Shown here: positions 1-12,750 of the stretch, piece by piece
Layout: every line of letters starts with the position of its first letter
Numbering within the stretch: position 1 is the first letter of the stretch
Source: Caulobacteraceae bacterium
Lineage (GTDB): Bacteria; Pseudomonadota; Alphaproteobacteria; Caulobacterales; Caulobacteraceae
Length of the DNA: 64,000 nucleotides
Reading direction: 5' to 3'
NCBI GenBank assembly: GCA_040399645.1
Contig: JBBARR010000001.1
Span: forward strand, 91,559 to 155,558
The notes under the pieces: model-generated
Database searches by the model: none
Told to the model about the DNA's origin: nothing
The model's input: only the letters and a program-made list of their open reading frames with translations
Made by a program: the position numbers and the translations under genes

Positions 1-2
1 CC

Positions 3-551
3 CGACTGGCGCGGGCTTCAACTCGGGCTGGGATAAGGCCTGATCAGTTGGAGCGTTTTAGACCTTGGCTGGCGGAGGCCACCCTTTCGGTGGCGGCCCT
101 CCAAAGGCAGGGGGCGTGGGCCAGGGATGGTGTCGAGCAGGTGCTATCGACGGGGCTGGACGTCAAGGTCGAGCGCAGAGCTTTTGATACCCCGGAACAA
201 CAGATCGATATTCTGGCCAATGACAGTGAGGCCGAGCAGGTTGCTTCACTTGAAGAAACATTAAGACGAATGGATGAGGAGCCCGATAGCTACGAGGCCC
301 TACTAGCATTCTGGATGGCGGCAGATCTTGTCGCCCTAGAGCGTGAAGCCCTCCAGCCCATCAGGCAATTGACCCCCACGCTCTACAAGACCTTGATCCG
401 TGACCGCAATCTGCGCTGGGTCGAGGCCATCAAGCGGCGTATGGCTGGGCGCGGTCGAACTGTGATGATTGTTGGGGTTGGCCATCTGCTCGGTAAGGAG
501 GGTGTGCCCGAACGGCTTCGGGGGCTAGGATATCGGGTTGAGGGACCATGA
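3..551 (+). CDS. TraB/GumN family protein, 5'-partial (frame is open to the window start)
   Basis: The reading frame of ORF 48..551 has no stop back to position 3. The C-terminal VMIVGVGHLLGKEGVPERLRGLGYRV pattern is typical of the TraB/GumN family. Confidence 0.7.
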   Translation, partial: RLARASTRAGIRPDQLERFRPWLAEATLSVAALQRQGAWARDGVEQVLSTGLDVKVERRAFDTPEQQIDILANDSEAEQVASLEETLRRMDEEPDSYEALLAFWMAADLVALEREALQPIRQLTPTLYKTLIRDRNLRWVEAIKRRMAGRGRTVMIVGVGHLLGKEGVPERLRGLGYRVEGP

Positions 552-599
552 TCTGCGTGCCCTCAGACCAGATTCTGAAAAGAAGCTTGGACTGCTGCG

Positions 600-628
600 T
601 TGACGTGGGCCTTGGCTTTCAGTATATC
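600..628 (+). promoter_or_regulatory. Candidate sigma70-type promoter of rpsT (TTGACG-N17-TATATC)
   Basis: -35 TTGACG lies at 600-605, followed by a 17-nt spacer and -10 TATATC at 623-628, about 70 nt upstream of the rpsT ATG. Confidence 0.5.
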
Positions 629-697
629 CGCGCACTCTTGAATTCAGCGCCTCGCACGACGTGATAAGCGCTTGTCCGCATCGAAGGTTCGAAACAC

Positions 698-967
698 ATG
701 GCCAATACGCCCGGCGCCAAGAAGGCGATCCGCAAGATTGAGCGCCGCACTGAGGTCAATAAGGCGCGTCGTTCGCGCGTTCGTACCTTCCTGCGCAAGT
801 TTGAAGAGGCCTTGTCGGCTGGCGATATTGCCGCTGCTAAGGGTGCCTTTGTTGAGGCTCAATCGGAGCTTATGCGTGCCGTTTCCAAGGGCGTCGTTCA
901 TAAGAACACCGGCTCGCGGAAGGTTTCACGTTTAGCCGCACAACTTAAGAAGTTGGACGCAGCTTAA
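698..967 (+). CDS. rpsT: 30S ribosomal protein S20
   Basis: 89 aa beginning [31 protein letters not shown], a canonical S20 N-terminus. A GAAGG Shine-Dalgarno lies upstream. Confidence 0.97.
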   Translation: MANTPGAKKAIRKIERRTEVNKARRSRVRTFLRKFEEALSAGDIAAAKGAFVEAQSELMRAVSKGVVHKNTGSRKVSRLAAQLKKLDAA

Positions 968-1027
968 CCCGCACCCACTCTGGGTCGTAATTTAGATAAA
1001 GCTAAGAAATAACTCAATAATTTAAAG

Positions 1028-1056
1028 CCGACGGCGCTCCTGTGCCGCCGGTTTTA
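1028..1056 (+). terminator. Probable intrinsic terminator after rpsT
   Basis: CCGACGGC (1028-1035) pairs with GCCGCCGG (1044-1051) with one mismatch, followed by TTTTAGTCGTTTTCG. Confidence 0.45.
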
Positions 1057-1162
1057 GTCGTTTTCGCGAAAAAATTGTACCGTGAACAGAGCGTTACCCT
1101 TGGCATTTGTAGAGCTTTTTAGAGTCAACAAAAATATCACTAAAAAAAGCGAAGAATCCCCG

Positions 1163-1190
1163 TTGACCGGCCCTGCGGCGAGGCTAATGT
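1163..1190 (+). promoter_or_regulatory. Candidate dnaA promoter (TTGACC-N16-TAATGT)
   Basis: -35 lies at 1163-1168 and -10 at 1185-1190, implying a ~300-nt leader. A GAATC (GANTC) site at 1154-1158 lies just upstream of the -35. Confidence 0.35.
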
Positions 1191-1490
1191 CGCGTGACTA
1201 ACGTCTTAAATCTCACCACGGATGAAAACGATGACGCGGAGCTATAGTCAGTTCTGCGATGGGTAACTGTATGTTTTTTTGAGCTTATCTTCGAGGTTTC
1301 ATCGCGCTTCGGTGCTGGATGGATTTGGGACCTCTATTTTGCGTAGGCCTCATCAACTGGAGGGGGCGGGGTTTTCGGCTGGATTTTGAATGCGGCTTTT
1401 GTGCTGTGTTCGGCTGAAAAGAAAACCCTTAAGATTTAAACTAATATTTCATCCTTGGGATGAGATTCGAACGGTTGGCGGGGCGGGTCT

Positions 1491-2990
1491 ATGACGGTTT
1501 CAAAGGGGGCGGCAATTCAGATTCAGGCAGAGTCCCCAACGGTCACAAAGGCAGGGACCCTATGGAACCTTGCTTGTGTGGCTTTGAAATCTGAATTGGG
1601 TGATGACACCTACGGCTCTTGGCTGTCTCAAGCAGCTTTGCGCGAGTCCAGCAGTGGTCATTTTGTAATTGTGACCCCAACCGGCATTGCGCGGGACTGG
1701 ATCCGCCGCAACGCTTGGCGCCGGATTTGTGAACTTTGGGCGATGAATGATCCCGAAGGTCGCCGCTTGGACCTCAAGTCACGCGTAGAGTTTGAAGCCG
1801 ATGTGGGTTTGGCCGGGGCCGCCCGTCAGGCCGCCAGCGCCAATATGGACTTGGCCAACCAAGATCTGATCGAAATTATTGAGCCCGTCTCATCGGACAT
1901 GCCGACCTCATCGGCGCCGACTGTCGCAGGCGATGCGCGCGCGCCTCGAATGGCCGGTCTGCAGGAACGGTTCACCTTCGATAGCTTCGTTGCGGGCCCG
2001 GCAAATGAATTTGCCCTAGCGGTTGCCAAGCGGGTTGCCTCTTGGAGCGATGGGCACTTCAATCCCGTCCTGATCCATGGGCCCTATGGCTTTGGCAAGA
2101 CCCACCTGCTCAATGCCATGGCCTGGCAGGCCATGCGGACGGCACCGGACAAGCGGGTCATCTATCTGACCGCCGAACGGTTCCTCTCAACCTTTGTTCG
2201 CGCTGTGATGGATAAGCAGACAGCGGCCTTCAAGGAAGAGCTCCGCGCCGCTGACCTTCTGTTGATCGATGATGTTCATTTTGTCGGTGGGAAACAGTCA
2301 ACCCAAGAAGAACTGTTCCACACCCTGACCGCCCTTATGGAAGATGGTCGCCGGGTGGTTTTCTCTTCGGATCGGGCCCCAGCAGCCCTTGACGAGATTG
2401 ACGCACGCTTGCGCTCTCATCTGCAGGCCGGACTGGTCTGTGGTATTGAGCCGGCCGACCGTACCCTTCGCCTTGGGATCTTGGAAAAGAAGCTGGATCT
2501 GCTTGGCCGTCAGCAAGGTCTGATCGGCGCGAGTGCCCGCCCAGAGGTTCTTCAGTTTCTGGCCGATCGCTTTACCGAAAGCGTCCGTGAACTGGAAGGT
2601 GCACTCAACACCCTCGTGGCCCGCGTTGGCGAGGGCGTGTCCAGCTTGACCCTGGATGAGGCCCAAGCCATCCTTCGTCCGCATCTGCGCGGCGGGGAAA
2701 GGCGCATCACTATTGATGACATCCAAAAGGCGACCTCTGAGCATTTTGGCCTCAAGCAGGTCGACCTGATCTCCGAGCGCCGTAATCGCTCCATCGCGCG
2801 TCCTCGGCAGGCGGCCATGTGGTTAGCCAAGCAATTGACCACGCGGTCCTTGCCCGACATTGGGCGGCGCTTTGGGGGCCGCGATCACACGACGGTTTTG
2901 CATGCTGTGCGCCGTATTGAGGCCCTCCGCGCCGAAGATCCACAATTGGCGCGCGACCTAGAAACCCTTACCCGCAAGCTTCGCGGCTAA
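1491..2990 (+). CDS. dnaA: Chromosomal replication initiator protein DnaA
   Basis: 499 aa with Walker A GPYGFGKTHLL, LLIDDVHF, the sensor region and the C-terminal DNA-binding helix DHTTVLHAVRRIE. Confidence 0.97.
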   Translation: MTVSKGAAIQIQAESPTVTKAGTLWNLACVALKSELGDDTYGSWLSQAALRESSSGHFVIVTPTGIARDWIRRNAWRRICELWAMNDPEGRRLDLKSRVEFEADVGLAGAARQAASANMDLANQDLIEIIEPVSSDMPTSSAPTVAGDARAPRMAGLQERFTFDSFVAGPANEFALAVAKRVASWSDGHFNPVLIHGPYGFGKTHLLNAMAWQAMRTAPDKRVIYLTAERFLSTFVRAVMDKQTAAFKEELRAADLLLIDDVHFVGGKQSTQEELFHTLTALMEDGRRVVFSSDRAPAALDEIDARLRSHLQAGLVCGIEPADRTLRLGILEKKLDLLGRQQGLIGASARPEVLQFLADRFTESVRELEGALNTLVARVGEGVSSLTLDEAQAILRPHLRGGERRITIDDIQKATSEHFGLKQVDLISERRNRSIARPRQAAMWLAKQLTTRSLPDIGRRFGGRDHTTVLHAVRRIEALRAEDPQLARDLETLTRKLRG

Positions 2991-3174
2991 AGAAATTGTT
3001 AACCTTGGATGGTCAGAGCGAGATTCCGCGCTCGCCCCCCTTCCCCAACGCGTCATTTCAGCTAATCTCGATAACCCTGCCGACTGGATTGTCATCCTTT
3101 TTGGTCGTTCCGCAGGGAAGCATTTCTCATGGCCTTAGGGGCGGTTTGTCTAGGCCTGCGGATCGGAAGACAAG

Positions 3175-4293
3175 ATGAAGCTGACTATTGAACGGGCAGC
3201 CCTGCTAAAGGCTCTGGGACATGTGCAAAGCGTCGTAGAGCGCCGCAACACCATACCCATTCTCTCCAACGTCCTTTTGTCGGCCGGCCACGGGGCCCTG
3301 ACCTTCTCGGCCACTGATCTGGATATGGAGATCACCGACGAGGTGCCGGCCCGCGTCGAGGTGCCTGGTCAGATCACCGCTCCGGCCCACACCCTTTACG
3401 AAATTGTCCGCAAGCTGCCCGATGGTGCTGAGGTCGAGCTGTCCTTTGACGGTGACGATCCGCGCCTGACCGTGTCGGCGGGCCGTTCGCGCTTTAATCT
3501 GCCGGTCCTGCCTGCGGGGGACTTCCCGGTCATGTCGTCCGAAGGACTGTCGACCCACCTGTTGGTCGATACGGGCGATCTGATGCGCCTGATCGACAAG
3601 ACCCGGTTTGCCATCTCGACCGAAGAGACCCGCTACTACCTCAACGGCCTTTACCTGCACACTGTGATCGAGAACGGTGAGACCAAGCTGCGCGCTGTGG
3701 CCACCGATGGCCACCGTCTGGCCTTGGCAGAAATGCCAGCGCCCGAAGGGGCCGCAGGCTCGCCCGGCGTGATCGTACCCCGCAAAACCGTTCAGGAGGC
3801 CCGCCGTCTCTTGGAAACGGCCGGCGAGACGGTCGAGCTACATCTGTCCCCCGCCAAGGTCCGCTTCAACTTTGGCCGCGCCGCCCTGACCTCGAAGGTC
3901 ATTGATGGCTCGTTCCCCGACTATGCCCGGGTCATTCCGCGCGACAATAACCGCGTGCTCATTGTCGATAATGCCCTGTTCGCAGCCGCGGTTGACCGTG
4001 TGGCCACGATTTCGGCGGAGAAGTCCCGCTCGGTGAAGATGGCCGTTGAGCCAGGCCGCGTGATCTTGACCGTGCGCAATATGGAAGCTGGTCAGGCCGT
4101 CGAAGAGGTCGAGGTCGACTATGAGGGCGAAGGCTTCGAGATTGGCTTCAATGCCCGCTATCTGCTCGATGTCGCCGGTCAGATTCAGGAAAATACGGCC
4201 GAGTTCCGCTTTGCCGATCCAGCCTCGCCGACCCTCGTGCTCGACCCCGCCGATGCGGGCGTGCGCTACGTGCTGATGCCGCTGCGGGTTTGA
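3175..4293 (+). CDS. dnaN: DNA polymerase III beta sliding clamp
   Basis: 372 aa beginning [35 protein letters not shown] and ending YVLMPLRV, both typical of DnaN. Confidence 0.97.
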   Translation: MKLTIERAALLKALGHVQSVVERRNTIPILSNVLLSAGHGALTFSATDLDMEITDEVPARVEVPGQITAPAHTLYEIVRKLPDGAEVELSFDGDDPRLTVSAGRSRFNLPVLPAGDFPVMSSEGLSTHLLVDTGDLMRLIDKTRFAISTEETRYYLNGLYLHTVIENGETKLRAVATDGHRLALAEMPAPEGAAGSPGVIVPRKTVQEARRLLETAGETVELHLSPAKVRFNFGRAALTSKVIDGSFPDYARVIPRDNNRVLIVDNALFAAAVDRVATISAEKSRSVKMAVEPGRVILTVRNMEAGQAVEEVEVDYEGEGFEIGFNARYLLDVAGQIQENTAEFRFADPASPTLVLDPADAGVRYVLMPLRV

Positions 4294-4307
4294 TCGCGGC
4301 GCCAGCC

Positions 4308-7945
<3,638 letters not shown>

Positions 7946-7991
7946 GCGGCCGATCCCGGCCATCTTTAGCTTTTCTAATGGTCATTCCTAT

Positions 7992-8030
7992 AACCCGGCG
8001 CTTGTGAGTGCCGGGTTGGCGCTTTATTGG
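7992..8030 (+). terminator. Possible terminator after gyrB
   Basis: AACCCGGC (7992-7999) pairs with GCCGGGTT (8010-8017) across a 10-nt loop, but the T tract is weak (GGCGCTTTATT). Confidence 0.4.
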
Positions 8031-8092
8031 GTGCGCAAAGGGTGCGGTTAGGCTTTGGCTTCGACGCGCTAAATCTGATTGAAAGACCGACC

Positions 8093-8896
8093 ATGACCCC
8101 CCCTGCGCCTGAGGCCAAGCCTTCGCCCTATAATCACCAGACCGTTCTGTGGGTGAAGCACTGGACGGATCGGTTGTTTAGCTTTGCCATCAGCCGTCCG
8201 GCCAGCCTGCGGTTTCGCTCGGGCGAGTTCATCATGATCGGGCTGGCGCTGGAGCCAAAGCCGATCCTGCGGGCCTATTCCATTGCCAGTCCTGGCTTTG
8301 CCGACGAGATCGAGTTCTTATCGATCAAGGTGCCGGGCGGCCCCTTAACCTCGCACCTGTTGAACATCCAGCCCGGCGACGAGGTCTTGATGGGTAGGAA
8401 GCCAACCGGAACGCTGGTGCTCGACGCCCTCAAGGGCGGCAAGCGGCTGTTCCTGATAAGCACGGGCACCGGCCTTGCCCCGTTCCTCAGCGTCGCGCGC
8501 GATCCTGAAACCTATGAGCGGTTTGAACAGGTCATTGTCGTCCATACGGTTCGTGAAGTGGCCGAGCTAGCCTATCGCGATCTGTTCGAGAAGGATATTT
8601 TTGACGATGAGCTGGTCGGCGAGCAGGCCAAGACCCAGCTGGTCTACTATCCCACCGTCACCCGCGAGCCGTTTGAGCGTCCGGGCCGGATCACCGACCG
8701 CGCAACCAGCGGCGAACTGTTCCGCGATCTGGGCATTGACCGCACCCAATTTGATGCCTCGGAAGATCGAGCGATGATCTGTGGCAGCATGGCCATGATC
8801 AAGGATGTGGCGGCGATGCTAGAGGCCCATGGCCTGGTCGAGGGCTCTAATGCCCAGACCGGTGATTTCGTCATCGAACGGGCCTTCGTAGGCTAA
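8093..8896 (+). CDS. fpr: Ferredoxin-NADP+ reductase (bacterial Fpr type)
   Basis: It has the FAD-binding RAYSIAS motif and the NADP-binding domain STGTGLAPF. The ATG at 8093 is preferred over the upstream alternative start at 8027. Confidence 0.88.
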   Translation: MTPPAPEAKPSPYNHQTVLWVKHWTDRLFSFAISRPASLRFRSGEFIMIGLALEPKPILRAYSIASPGFADEIEFLSIKVPGGPLTSHLLNIQPGDEVLMGRKPTGTLVLDALKGGKRLFLISTGTGLAPFLSVARDPETYERFEQVIVVHTVREVAELAYRDLFEKDIFDDELVGEQAKTQLVYYPTVTREPFERPGRITDRATSGELFRDLGIDRTQFDASEDRAMICGSMAMIKDVAAMLEAHGLVEGSNAQTGDFVIERAFVG

Positions 8897-8902
8897 GGCC
8901 CG

Positions 8903-10738
8903 CTACTCGGTATCGCGAACCACCTTCAAGACCGCCTCGCCATAGCGGTCCAGCTTGCCTTGGCCGACGCCGCCGGTCTTGGCCAGAGCTGATGACTTGG
9001 TGGGTCTGCCGCTGGCAATGTCCAGCAGAGTTCGGTCGTGGAAGATGACATAGGGCGGCACGTGTTGGCGTGCGGCCTCTGACTTTCGCCAGTTGCGCAG
9101 GGCCTCGAACAGGGCGCGGTCGTGGATCGGCACCTCCAACGAGGCTCCGCCGATCCTTGTCTGGCGGGTCTTGCCCGCGCGCGCGGGAGCGTCTTGGGTC
9201 AGCTTGCGCAACATTATACGCCGCTCGCCGCGATAGACGGCCCGCACGCCTTCGCCATCACCCAGCCGGATCAGGGGGCGGCCGTCATTTGGGTCTTCGG
9301 CCAGCAGACCCTCGAACAGAAGCTGATCCATCAGGTCGCGCCAAGCCACGGCACTGAGGTTCTTGCCTATGCCAAAGGTGGTCATGCTGACCTCGGCCGC
9401 ATCCGGCTCCTTGGTCTTGCCCAAGAGGTGGTCTATGGCCCGGCCCCGGCCATAGCGCCCGCTCAGGCGATGGACCGCGGACAGAGCCTTTTGCGCGGCC
9501 TCGGTAGCATCGACCCCGACGGGCGGGGAGAGGCAAAGATCACAGACGCCGCAGGGCTCAGCCCCGGTCTCACCAAAATAGCGACGCACGGCGGCGGCGC
9601 GGCAGGCCATACCGTCAAGCATGGCATAAAGTTGGCGCAGCTTACGGCTCTGCACCTGCTTGACTGCCTCATCCACATCGCGCCCCTGGCTGCGGCGCAG
9701 GGCCCAGGCCATGTCTGATGAACCATAGAGAGTGATGCCCTCGGCAGGGTCACCGTCGCGTCCGGCCCGGCCAATCTCCTGCCAATAGGCCTCGATGGAG
9801 GCAGGTGGGTCGGCATGGATGACAAAACGCACATCTGGCTTATCGACGCCCATGCCAAAGGCGATGGTGGCGACCATGACCGCATCATCCTCGTCGAGGA
9901 ACCTGGTCAGCCGCTCTTCACGGACCTTACGATCAAGGCCGGCATGGTAGGCGAGGGCCGATATGCCCTGATCACAGAGCTTTTGCGCCAAGAGATCGGT
10001 GCCTTCGCGCGATCCGGCATAGACCACGCCCGCCCGCCCTCGGCGCTCCTTGACCAACTCGATGACCCGCTCATGACCGCGGCCCCGCTTGCGTTCGGCG
10101 CTGAGGGCCAGTTCAGGACGGGCGAAACTGTCAACAAACTCCGCCGCGTCCGACAGGTGTAGTTCAGCGCGGATGTCGTCTCTGGTCCGCGCATCGGCCG
10201 TGGCCGTCACGGCCAGCCTTGGCACGGTGGGAAAGATCTCCGCGAGGCGGCCAAGGGTGCGATATTCGGGCCTGAAATCATGACCCCATTGGCTAACGCA
10301 GTGAGCCTCATCGACCGCGATCAGGGCGATCTGCACCTGAGACAGGCGGTCCAGCATATGGCTCTGCATCAGGCCTTCGGGGGACATATAGAGGAGGTCG
10401 AGCTCGCCCGCCTCGATCTGTCGCCAGATGCGTGAGCGGTCGTCCAGCATCGTGTCAGAATCGAGTCGCTCTGCCGCCACGCCCGATTGCTGAAGCCCGG
10501 CCACCTGATCGGCCATTAGGGCAATGAGCGGCGAGACCACAATGCCCAGCCCGGGCCGGATCATGCTTGGGATCTGATAGCATAGGCTCTTGCCACCGCC
10601 GGTGGGCAGGACCGCTAGGGCGCTGCGTCCGGCGAGGGCCTCGGCTATGACGCCCGCCTGCAGACCGCGAAAATCCTCATGCCCGAAGGTGCGGCGCAGG
10701 GTGTCACGGGCTTGATCAAGACGGGCTTCGGGGGTCAC
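8903..10738 (-). CDS. recQ: ATP-dependent DNA helicase RecQ
   Basis: 611 aa with PTGGGKSLCYQ, DEAHCVSQWGHDFRPEY, the Zn-binding CGVCDLC and a C-terminal HRDC-like region. It has a GTG start and is convergent with fpr across a 6-bp gap. Confidence 0.95.
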   Translation of the reverse strand: MTPEARLDQARDTLRRTFGHEDFRGLQAGVIAEALAGRSALAVLPTGGGKSLCYQIPSMIRPGLGIVVSPLIALMADQVAGLQQSGVAAERLDSDTMLDDRSRIWRQIEAGELDLLYMSPEGLMQSHMLDRLSQVQIALIAVDEAHCVSQWGHDFRPEYRTLGRLAEIFPTVPRLAVTATADARTRDDIRAELHLSDAAEFVDSFARPELALSAERKRGRGHERVIELVKERRGRAGVVYAGSREGTDLLAQKLCDQGISALAYHAGLDRKVREERLTRFLDEDDAVMVATIAFGMGVDKPDVRFVIHADPPASIEAYWQEIGRAGRDGDPAEGITLYGSSDMAWALRRSQGRDVDEAVKQVQSRKLRQLYAMLDGMACRAAAVRRYFGETGAEPCGVCDLCLSPPVGVDATEAAQKALSAVHRLSGRYGRGRAIDHLLGKTKEPDAAEVSMTTFGIGKNLSAVAWRDLMDQLLFEGLLAEDPNDGRPLIRLGDGEGVRAVYRGERRIMLRKLTQDAPARAGKTRQTRIGGASLEVPIHDRALFEALRNWRKSEAARQHVPPYVIFHDRTLLDIASGRPTKSSALAKTGGVGQGKLDRYGEAVLKVVRDTE

Positions 10739-10805
10739 GAGGAGGGTATGACCTGATCCGGCTAGAACCGTCTAGAGCCCGTCGTGGCTTTCGCCCTGTC
10801 TTGGG

Positions 10806-11789
10806 CTAGACCACCAACATAACCTTGCCGACATGGGCTCCAGCTTCGAGATAGGCATGGGCATCAGCGGCCTGTTCGAGGGGGAAGGTCTTGTCGACCA
10901 CCGCCTTGATCTTACCCGCTTCGATCCATGGCCAGACCGTCGCCTCGACCGCCGCCGTGATTCGGGCCTTTTCGTCGGCGCTGCGCGGGCGAAGGGTCGA
11001 GCCGGTGATGATCAGACGCTTTTGCATCACCTTCATGATGTTCAGATCGACATTGGCCCCCGACAGGGTGGCGATGTGGACCAAACGCCCGCCGGTGTTC
11101 AGGGCCTCGATGTTCTGAGTAAAATAGGAGCCTGCGACCATATCCAAGATCACATCGACCCCGCCTGCGGCCTGAGCCACAGCGACAAAATCTTCCGAGG
11201 ATGAATTGACGGCAATGTCTGCGCCCAAGGCGAGGGATTGAGCGGCCTTTTCGGCGCTCCTTGCCGTGACAATGACCTTAGCGCCCGCAGCCTTGGCCAT
11301 CTGAATGGCCATGACGCCAATGCCCGAGGTGGCCCCATGGATCATCAGGGTCTCACCCGCCTTCAGGGCGCCATGTTCGAAGACATTGACATAGACGGTC
11401 AGGGCCGTTTCAGGCAGGGCTGCAGCCTGCACAAAGTCCAGTCCCTTGGGCACGGGCAGGGCGTGACGCCCATCGACCACGCAATATTGTGCATAGCCGC
11501 CGCCGCCGAGCAAGGCCGTGACTTGATCTCCGACCTTCCAGCGCCTAGTGCCTTCACCGACGGCAACAACCTCGCCAGAGGCTTCTAGGCCTAGAATGTC
11601 CGGCGCGCCGGGAGGCGGTGGATAGAAGCCCATCCGCTGCAAGATGTCCGGGCGATTGACCCCGGCTGAGCGGGTCTTGATGAGGATTTCGCCCGGGCCC
11701 GCCTTGGGAACGGTGCGCTGTTCAGGGACCAGGGCCGAGGCCGGGCCCTTGCCGCCTTCAATCGAAACGGCGATCATAGTGTCGTCCAT
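10806..11789 (-). CDS. NAD(P)H:quinone oxidoreductase (zeta-crystallin/PIG3-type MDR)
   Basis: It has the MDR fold motifs GVNRPD and HGATSGIGVMAIQMAKAAGA. The start is uncertain, with in-frame ATGs at 11810, 11789 and 11777. Confidence 0.85.
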   Translation of the reverse strand: MDDTMIAVSIEGGKGPASALVPEQRTVPKAGPGEILIKTRSAGVNRPDILQRMGFYPPPPGAPDILGLEASGEVVAVGEGTRRWKVGDQVTALLGGGGYAQYCVVDGRHALPVPKGLDFVQAAALPETALTVYVNVFEHGALKAGETLMIHGATSGIGVMAIQMAKAAGAKVIVTARSAEKAAQSLALGADIAVNSSSEDFVAVAQAAGGVDVILDMVAGSYFTQNIEALNTGGRLVHIATLSGANVDLNIMKVMQKRLIITGSTLRPRSADEKARITAAVEATVWPWIEAGKIKAVVDKTFPLEQAADAHAYLEAGAHVGKVMLVV

Positions 11790-11889
11790 AATGTCCCCAT
11801 GGGCTTGCATCGGCGATCTGTTGGGTCACAAATAGACGGGCTTGCGCACGAAACCAAGGGCGCGACTGTGACTAAGGGAGGATGAGGCC

Positions 11890-12111
11890 ATGAATGATGA
11901 ACCCGCCGAACCCCGCACGGGCCGCGGCCAGATTCTGTCGGCGCTTGGCCGAGAGGACCTTGAGCTCTATAGCGCCGATGAGTTGAGCGAGCGGATCTTA
12001 TCGCTTCGGGCGGAAATTTCACGGATCGAGGTCCAGATGGCCAAGAAGGCCAATGTCCGCTCCTCTGCTGATGCCCTGTTCAGCTTCAAATCCGATGACC
12101 CCTCCGCTTAA
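11890..12111 (+). CDS. DUF1192 family small coiled-coil protein
   Basis: 73 aa. The DLELYSADELSERILSLRAEISRIEVQMAKK pattern is typical of DUF1192, and the gene sits directly upstream of a DUF1465 gene. Confidence 0.75.
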   Translation: MNDEPAEPRTGRGQILSALGREDLELYSADELSERILSLRAEISRIEVQMAKKANVRSSADALFSFKSDDPSA

Positions 12112-12192
12112 GGACGGTTTTGGCATATAGGTTGCTTGTACAGTCCCGTCTGCCGTCATGAGCGGCTGGATTTTGGCAAGACTAGGACGGCA

Positions 12193-12714
12193 ATGAGCGA
12201 TTTAGGCACAGCGGCAGTCATTGATTGGCGGGCCAGTCAGGTGAAGGACTTCACCCGATCGGAGCTGTTTGCCCGGACCTTTGCCGAGGGTATGGATCTG
12301 GTCGAAGAGGCGGCCGCCTATCTCGACGGCGGCGGCCGTCACGATTCCAAACTCCTGTCGCGCAATACGGCGCTGGCCTATGCGGGCCAGAGCATGCGCC
12401 TGACCACGCGGCTGATGCAGGTGGTCTCTTGGCTACTGGTCCAGCGCTCCGTGCGAGACGGTGATATCGCGCCTTCTGACGCCTACGAAGAGCGCTATCG
12501 TCTCGCGCCTGAGCCCGCCGAGCGCGCTTCGGATCTTTTGCCAGACGACTTACCAGCCGGACTGGTCGATCTGTTGGAGCGATCCGAACGGCTCTATGGG
12601 CACGCCCTTCATTTGGATCGACGGATGTATGTCGAGGCCGAGGTGGTGGCTGAGCCCAATCCCGTGCTGAGCCAGCTTCAACGGCTCAATGACGCCTTCG
12701 GTTCAAAGACCTAA
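12193..12714 (+). CDS. rcdA: DUF1465 protein, RcdA-like (regulator of CtrA degradation, ClpXP adaptor)
   Basis: The FAEGMDLVEEAAAYLDG...LAYAGQSMRLTTRLMQVVSWLLVQRSV core is recognisable as the RcdA/DUF1465 family. The ATG at 12193 has an AGGACGG Shine-Dalgarno and gives 173 aa. Confidence 0.8.
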   Translation: MSDLGTAAVIDWRASQVKDFTRSELFARTFAEGMDLVEEAAAYLDGGGRHDSKLLSRNTALAYAGQSMRLTTRLMQVVSWLLVQRSVRDGDIAPSDAYEERYRLAPEPAERASDLLPDDLPAGLVDLLERSERLYGHALHLDRRMYVEAEVVAEPNPVLSQLQRLNDAFGSKT

Positions 12715-12750
12715 GGGTCTTGATCATGGGGTTTTGACGCCCCTTAATCT

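Noticed and set aside
968-1490. Chromosomal origin of replication next to dnaA.
   Set aside because: The region is AT-rich, but I found no good TTATCCACA-type DnaA box; the best match is 6 of 9. I found no TTAA-N7-TTAA CtrA sites. Genes on both sides run in the same direction. In related alphaproteobacteria the origin is usually near hemE, not dnaA. GC-skew on the whole replicon is needed.
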